Assembly (NCBI GenBank): GCA_021373015.1
Contig: JAJFTJ010000014.1
Coordinates: 136,323 to 200,322, forward strand
Direction: 5' to 3'
Source of the DNA: Nitrospiraceae bacterium
Lineage (GTDB): Bacteria; Nitrospirota; Thermodesulfovibrionia; Thermodesulfovibrionales; UBA1546
Length of the DNA stretch: 64,000 bases
The position numbers and the translations under genes were made by a program. A model generated the notes under the pieces. It was given only the letters and a program-made list of their open reading frames with translations, ran no database searches and was not told where the DNA came from. Of this stretch, positions 58,778 through 64,000 are shown in pieces. The stretch's first letter is position 1; each line of letters begins with the position of its first letter.

Positions 58778-59647
58778 ATGAAAATTTTAAGATTGAGACC
58801 TTCTGATATCGTAACAATAGCTTTTATTGTTATCCTGCTGGTTATAACAACTGCATTTAACTCAGCAATTCCCCAAAGACATATTCTTATACCGCTTTAT
58901 CTTATAATGATTTTTGCACAGGTTTTTATTTTTTTAATAAAGGACAAAACACGATTCCTGAAATTTACATATAACATAATCTTCCCTCTGGTAAGCGTGC
59001 TTGTTTTATTCGACAGCCTCGGATGGGTTGTTCATCATGTAAATCCAAAAGATGTCGATCCTTTTCTAATAAAATTCGATTACATGATGTTTGGTGTTCA
59101 TCCAACAGTGGCGCTTGAAAAAATAATTAATCCGGTGCTCACAGACATTTTTCAGCTTTCATACACATCGTATTATTTTCTGCCAATAATTCTCGGCATT
59201 GCTTTAATAAAAGGGAAGAAGGACAAGGAATTTGACAGATCGCTGTTCTTGGTGCTTTTTTGTTTCTATCTTTCTTATATAGGATATATTCTTATGCCTG
59301 CTTTAGGCCCGAGATTCACCATAGATCATCTACAGACACAAGAACTTCAGGGATTTTTAATAACAGAACCAATACAGAAGCTCCTGAATGATCTTGAAGG
59401 AATAAAGCGGGATGCTTTTCCTAGCGGGCACACTGCGGTCACGCTCACAGTGCTTTACCTTTCATACAGATTCAAAAGAATATTATTCTGGATTTTCCTG
59501 CCGTTGGTTGCAGGGCTTGTATTTGCAACAGTATATTGCCGTTATCACTATGTTGTTGATGTTATAGCAGGCATAGTGCTTGCGATTCTCACGATTATGA
59601 TAGGTGAATGGTATTACAACCAATGGGAAAAGAAAAATTTTAAATAG
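58778..59647 (+). CDS. PAP2-family membrane phosphatase/transferase
   Basis: It is polytopic and has the PAP2 motifs PSGHTAV and RYHYVVDV. Confidence 0.75.
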   Translation: MKILRLRPSDIVTIAFIVILLVITTAFNSAIPQRHILIPLYLIMIFAQVFIFLIKDKTRFLKFTYNIIFPLVSVLVLFDSLGWVVHHVNPKDVDPFLIKFDYMMFGVHPTVALEKIINPVLTDIFQLSYTSYYFLPIILGIALIKGKKDKEFDRSLFLVLFCFYLSYIGYILMPALGPRFTIDHLQTQELQGFLITEPIQKLLNDLEGIKRDAFPSGHTAVTLTVLYLSYRFKRILFWIFLPLVAGLVFATVYCRYHYVVDVIAGIVLAILTIMIGEWYYNQWEKKNFK

Positions 59648-59713
59648 AATGCAAATGAGCTTATGTTGAGTTTAAAATCATTTTTATTTTATACTTAACA
59701 GGTTATTCCTAAA

Positions 59714-61747
59714 ATGGATCCTGAAAGTTTTCTTTATATAGCGGTTTCTTTTTTTATTTTAGGGGCGGTTGCTTCACTTCTGCCTCTTAAAAAAGTAAAA
59801 GACTATATCTATCTCCTCCCTGTTTCAGGGTCTGTTATTTTTGGGATATTGAGTTTTTCTCTTGTATCAGGCAGTAATCTGAATGTTTTTTCTTTCCCGA
59901 TTTCCTCAATCTTTGAATTCAAATTTCACGGCGACTCATTTTCAGGTTTTTTTGCAATTTTGATCTCAGTTCTTGCCTTTTGCGTTTCCATATTTTCGAT
60001 AGGGTATACAAGCAGTTTTACAAACAAAGGCTTATTCGGATTTTTATACAACATGTTTATACTGAGCATGTACGCTGTAATTTTTTCAGCCAATATTATT
60101 ACGTTCCTCATATCATGGGAAACAATGTCTGTTCTTTCTTACTTTCTTGTTACTTTTGAAAGGGATGAAAAATCATCAAAGGCAGGGCTTCTTTACATTG
60201 TAATGACCCATATCGGCACTGCATTTATAATAATTCTTTTCCTGCTTTTATACGGACAGACAGGTAGCATGGATTTTGCTGAGATAAAAAAACTCTCCTC
60301 GCAGATACCTGAAAACCTGAGGCATCTTATTTTTATTTTTTCTATTATCGGGTTTGGCACAAAGGCGGGCATTATTCCTCTCCACACATGGCTTCCAAAG
60401 GCACATCCTGCAGCGCCTTCTAATATTTCTTCTTTGATGTCTGGAGTAATGATTAAAACTGGGATATACGGTTTTATCAGAATAAGCATAGACATGCTCG
60501 GGAGCGGACCTGAATGGTGGGGGGTGACCATAATTATAATAGGCACGATTTCTTCTGTGCTTGGAGTTTTGTATGCGCTTATAGTGAATGATATCAAAAA
60601 GCTTCTTGCATATTCGAGCATCGAAAATATCGGAATAATTCTTCTCGGGGTGGGCGCTTCAATGGTATTCAATGCCAACGGATTATATCTGCTTTCAGGC
60701 ATAGCCTTGATTGCAGGGCTCTATCATGCTTTGAACCATTCAATTTTTAAAGGGCTTTTATTCATGAGCGCAGGCTCGGTTGTGCATGCAGCACATACAA
60801 AGAACATGGAAAACATGGGCGGACTTCTTAAGGCAATGCCTTATACAGGATTATTTTTTCTGATAGGCTCTGTCTCTATCTGTGCCCTTCCTCCTTTTAA
60901 CGGCTTTGTAAGCGAATGGCTTACATACCAGTCTTTGCTTCTCGGCTTTCAGGCAGATTCTGTTTTAGCAAAGATAATTACTCCTCTAGGCGGAGCTGCG
61001 CTGGCGCTTACAGGCGCTATTGCTGCTGCTTGTTTTGTAAAAGCGTTCGGCATTTCTTTTCTCGGGATGCCAAGAAGCAGGCAGGCAGAGAACGCCGTAG
61101 AATCAACTCCTTCAATGACAGCAGGCATGGCAGTTTTAGCTGTGTTATGCTTTTTATCTGGCATATTCCCCGGGACAGTAATAAACATGCTTTCTTCAGT
61201 TATCGGAAGCCTTAGCGGATACAATACTAACAATGATTTGTTGTCATATCTTCATGCTGATAATTTTTTCATTTTTATCAGCGATTCATCAAAAGAGATA
61301 GGAAATGCGATTACATCATTGTCTCCTGTGTCAATAATACTGACAATGATCGTGATGCTTATTGCTTTGCTGGTATTTATCAGAATCGTAAACAGAGGAA
61401 GAAAGATAACATATGCGGATTCATGGGACTGCGGGATACCTTCCCTTACTCCCAGAATGCAATATACATCAACAGCATTTACCAAACCAATAAAAATAAT
61501 TTTTAAAAGAATTTATCTTCCAAAAAGAGAAATAAACATTTCTTATCTGGTCAAGCCTTTATTTGTTAAGGCAATGAAATACAGCGGCGGGATAACTCCA
61601 TTCATAGATAAATACATATACGATAATGTCACGGGGTTCATTAAGAGAATTGCTAATAAGGTAAGATTGATGCAGTCAGGAAGCCTGCATCTTTATCTAG
61701 GCTACATATTGATAACACTTATAATTCTTTTAATATTTGGAGACTAA
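59714..61747 (+). CDS. hyfB: hydrogenase-4 component B-like antiporter-type subunit (HyfB/HycC, NuoL family)
   Basis: At 677 aa it has the NuoL/M/N core (WLPKAHPAAPSNISSLMSGVMIKTGIYG) and the HyfB/HycC-type C-terminal extension (SWDCG...). Confidence 0.85.
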   Translation: MDPESFLYIAVSFFILGAVASLLPLKKVKDYIYLLPVSGSVIFGILSFSLVSGSNLNVFSFPISSIFEFKFHGDSFSGFFAILISVLAFCVSIFSIGYTSSFTNKGLFGFLYNMFILSMYAVIFSANIITFLISWETMSVLSYFLVTFERDEKSSKAGLLYIVMTHIGTAFIIILFLLLYGQTGSMDFAEIKKLSSQIPENLRHLIFIFSIIGFGTKAGIIPLHTWLPKAHPAAPSNISSLMSGVMIKTGIYGFIRISIDMLGSGPEWWGVTIIIIGTISSVLGVLYALIVNDIKKLLAYSSIENIGIILLGVGASMVFNANGLYLLSGIALIAGLYHALNHSIFKGLLFMSAGSVVHAAHTKNMENMGGLLKAMPYTGLFFLIGSVSICALPPFNGFVSEWLTYQSLLLGFQADSVLAKIITPLGGAALALTGAIAAACFVKAFGISFLGMPRSRQAENAVESTPSMTAGMAVLAVLCFLSGIFPGTVINMLSSVIGSLSGYNTNNDLLSYLHADNFFIFISDSSKEIGNAITSLSPVSIILTMIVMLIALLVFIRIVNRGRKITYADSWDCGIPSLTPRMQYTSTAFTKPIKIIFKRIYLPKREINISYLVKPLFVKAMKYSGGITPFIDKYIYDNVTGFIKRIANKVRLMQSGSLHLYLGYILITLIILLIFGD

Positions 61748-61748
61748 G

Positions 61749-62666
61749 ATGGAATTTATGCAATTTTTAATAATAATTTTGTTTTCTCCCTTGGTTAACG
61801 GGACAATAAAGAAATTTAAGGCTGGAATGCAGGGCAGAGTCGGTCCAAGCATTGTTCAGCCTTATTATGATCTTTTAAAGCTTTTCAAAAAAGATATGGT
61901 CATATCAAATGTAACATCCTGGATTTTTAAGGTTGCGCCTTACGTTGTTTTCGCTTCATCTGTTACTGCAGTAATGTTAGTGCCTGTTGTAACCGCCGAG
62001 TCATCATTTTTTATGATGGGTGATGTTATAGCCTTGATTTATATCCTTGCGCTTGGAAGGTTCTTTATGGCTTTAGCAGGCCTTGATGCAGGCACTGCAT
62101 TTGGAGGCGAAGGAAGCAGCAGAGAGATGACAGTTACAATACTTGTTGAAGCGATGATGATGCTAAGCATATTCACCGCGGCCATTTCAGCAGGTTCTAC
62201 AAATATTGCAAGGATCGCTGCATCAGATTATATTTCATATTCTCCGGCACATGTCCTTGCGCTTGCAGCATTCATTGTTGCGATCATTGCTGAAACTGGA
62301 CGCATTCCTGTAGACAATCCTGACACTCATCTTGAGCTTACGATGATACATGAAGGAATGATTCTTGAATATTCAGGCAGATATCTTGCAATTATTGAAT
62401 GGGCGCAATATATAAAACAGATGTTATTGTTCACGATTGCCATCGATGTGTTTTTACCTTTTGGAATCTCCATGAGCAATCAACCTTTACATATTATAAT
62501 TTCATGCGGAATATATTTTGTGAAGATCCTTTTTATTACTTTTCTAATGGCGTTTGCAGAATCGACCAGGGCAAAGTTAAGATTTTTTCAACTGCCGTCG
62601 CTTCTTGGCGGAGCCTTTGTGCTTGCATTGCTGTCACTTTTGACTTATACAATCATGGGGAAATAA
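61749..62666 (+). CDS. hyfC: HyfC/HycD-like (NuoH family) membrane subunit
   Basis: It reads KAGMQGRVGPSIVQPYYDLLKLFKKD and E.GR.P.D..D...EL. I placed the start at ATG 61749, 6 nt after GGAG, rather than the tracked TTG. Confidence 0.85.
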   Translation: MEFMQFLIIILFSPLVNGTIKKFKAGMQGRVGPSIVQPYYDLLKLFKKDMVISNVTSWIFKVAPYVVFASSVTAVMLVPVVTAESSFFMMGDVIALIYILALGRFFMALAGLDAGTAFGGEGSSREMTVTILVEAMMMLSIFTAAISAGSTNIARIAASDYISYSPAHVLALAAFIVAIIAETGRIPVDNPDTHLELTMIHEGMILEYSGRYLAIIEWAQYIKQMLLFTIAIDVFLPFGISMSNQPLHIIISCGIYFVKILFITFLMAFAESTRAKLRFFQLPSLLGGAFVLALLSLLTYTIMGK

Positions 62667-63326
62667 ATGAGAAACTGGATACAAACATTTTCAATAATTG
62701 ACTTTATATCAGTAGGAATACTTCTTACTGCTATCAGTATGAATGCTATAAGAAGACTCGAATCCTGTGTTAAGGCCTATATGCTGAATTCATGGCTTCT
62801 TTCATTGTTAATCGCAATTATTGCTTTTATGATAAATGAGACTCACCTTTATGTAGCAGCTGTTACCACTTTTTTGAGCAAAGGAATGTTGATACCTTTA
62901 TTCATGAAAAGGATAGTCAGACAGATAAAAATCACACACGACGTTGATCCCTACATAAGCAATTCACTTTCGCTTGTTATATCAGGGATACTTGTCGCAG
63001 TAGTATATGCTTCTTTAAGAGAGGGAGTATTTGTGACTGGCGTGTCTAAAAACGCACTTCAGATATCTGTTGCTGTGATACTGATAGGCCTTTTAATTAT
63101 GATAACGCGGCGCAAGGCAATAACTCAGATAATAGGACTTTTATTCATGGAGAACGGCCTTTTTCTTGCCGGTTTTTCGATGACATTCGGGATGCCGACG
63201 ATTATAGAACTTGGAGTTTTGTTTGATCTGCTTATGGGAGTGATAATTCTGGGTTTTTTCGCAGTCCAGATCAGAAAAGCATTTATGTCTTCAGATCTTG
63301 ATAAGCTGACGGTGCTGAAAGGATAA
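62667..63326 (+). CDS. hyfE: HyfE-like (NuoK-related) membrane subunit
   Basis: At 219 aa it is polytopic with the motif FMENGLFLAG. It holds the expected position between hyfC and hyfF. Confidence 0.75.
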   Translation: MRNWIQTFSIIDFISVGILLTAISMNAIRRLESCVKAYMLNSWLLSLLIAIIAFMINETHLYVAAVTTFLSKGMLIPLFMKRIVRQIKITHDVDPYISNSLSLVISGILVAVVYASLREGVFVTGVSKNALQISVAVILIGLLIMITRRKAITQIIGLLFMENGLFLAGFSMTFGMPTIIELGVLFDLLMGVIILGFFAVQIRKAFMSSDLDKLTVLKG

Positions 63327-64000
63327 TGGCGATGATAATTATACTTTTTATGCCGATTATCACAGCCACGGTCTGCTATTTATTAAAAAATCACAGGCTT
63401 GTAGGATATGCAAATCTTGCGGGAGCGTCAGCGCTTGCTGTATTCGCAATCCCAACAATCCTTTCTTTTGTTTCCAACCCCGGCACTGCTTTAAACGGTA
63501 TGCTTTATATGGATGCGCTTTCAGTCTATATAATGGTTCTTGTAATTCTTTTAGGGCTTGCCTCTTCGGCATATTCGATTGGATATCTTGAACATGAATT
63601 TGATATGAAACTTATGGATGTGAAAGGCATAAGAAGATATTATCTGCTTCTGCATATTTTCATATTCACAATGCTGCTTGTAACAGTTGCAAACAATCTT
63701 GCGCTGATGTGGATTGCCATCGAGGCAACCACTATTGTATCTGCAATCCTTATCGGACTTGGTTTTACAAAGAGACAGCTTGCGATAGAAGCTGCATGGA
63801 AATACATAATGCTCTGCACAGTCGGAATAACATTTGCGCTGCTTGGCATTTTCATAATTTATTATGCTTCGACTGCAGTAAACGGCACTAAAGGAGAATT
63901 GAACTGGACAGCTCTTAAAGAAATAGCAGGCAGGCTTAACCCTGCGACAATGAAACTGGCATTTATTTTTGTTCTTGTAGGATATGGGACAAAGGCAGGA
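63326..64000 (+). CDS. hyfF: HyfF-like antiporter-type subunit (NuoN/M family), 5' part only
   Basis: The ATG overlaps the hyfE stop (TAATG). The frame stays open to the window end and reads ...LMWIAIEATTIVSAILIG...AAWKYIMLCTVGITFALLG...VGYGTKAG. Confidence 0.8.
   Translation, partial: MAMIIILFMPIITATVCYLLKNHRLVGYANLAGASALAVFAIPTILSFVSNPGTALNGMLYMDALSVYIMVLVILLGLASSAYSIGYLEHEFDMKLMDVKGIRRYYLLLHIFIFTMLLVTVANNLALMWIAIEATTIVSAILIGLGFTKRQLAIEAAWKYIMLCTVGITFALLGIFIIYYASTAVNGTKGELNWTALKEIAGRLNPATMKLAFIFVLVGYGTKAG

Overview
AT-rich, densely coding chromosomal segment of a diderm bacterium (BamD, an MltD-like lytic transglycosylase), probably an anaerobe (NrdJ, Hyf-type hydrogenase, several radical SAM enzymes). 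I cannot assign a taxon from sequence alone. I support about 65 CDS. Most are housekeeping: mutL, infB-rbfA-nrnA, rpmB, tal, rng, priA-like, serA, purA, parAB, nrdJ, bamD and mnmG. There is also an acetate module (sigma54 regulator pair, cNMP/CBS/DUF294, exonuclease, DUF485, actP, acs) and the start of a hyfBCEF membrane module. I saw no rRNA, tRNA, CRISPR array, transposase or integrase. The observations I consider most worth following are: (1) a visibly G+C-rich methyltransferase gene followed by a textbook-looking integron attC site, sitting between the CDF gene and priA and flanked by a duplicated priA 3' end, with no integrase present. (2) A full-length PriA homologue in which every ATPase/helicase motif I can align is replaced. 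(3) A 126-aa protein made of four exactly 29-residue-phased MshEN-type (c-di-GMP receptor) motifs, translationally coupled to an HExxH protein. (4) A CoaE-riboflavin kinase fusion. (5) A CDF transporter with three tandem C-terminal domains. (6) A histidine-kinase-like protein without the phospho-acceptor His. (7) A NYN/YacP gene whose catalytic DGYN motif lies upstream of any canonical start codon. All product calls come from motif recognition by eye. No database search was run.
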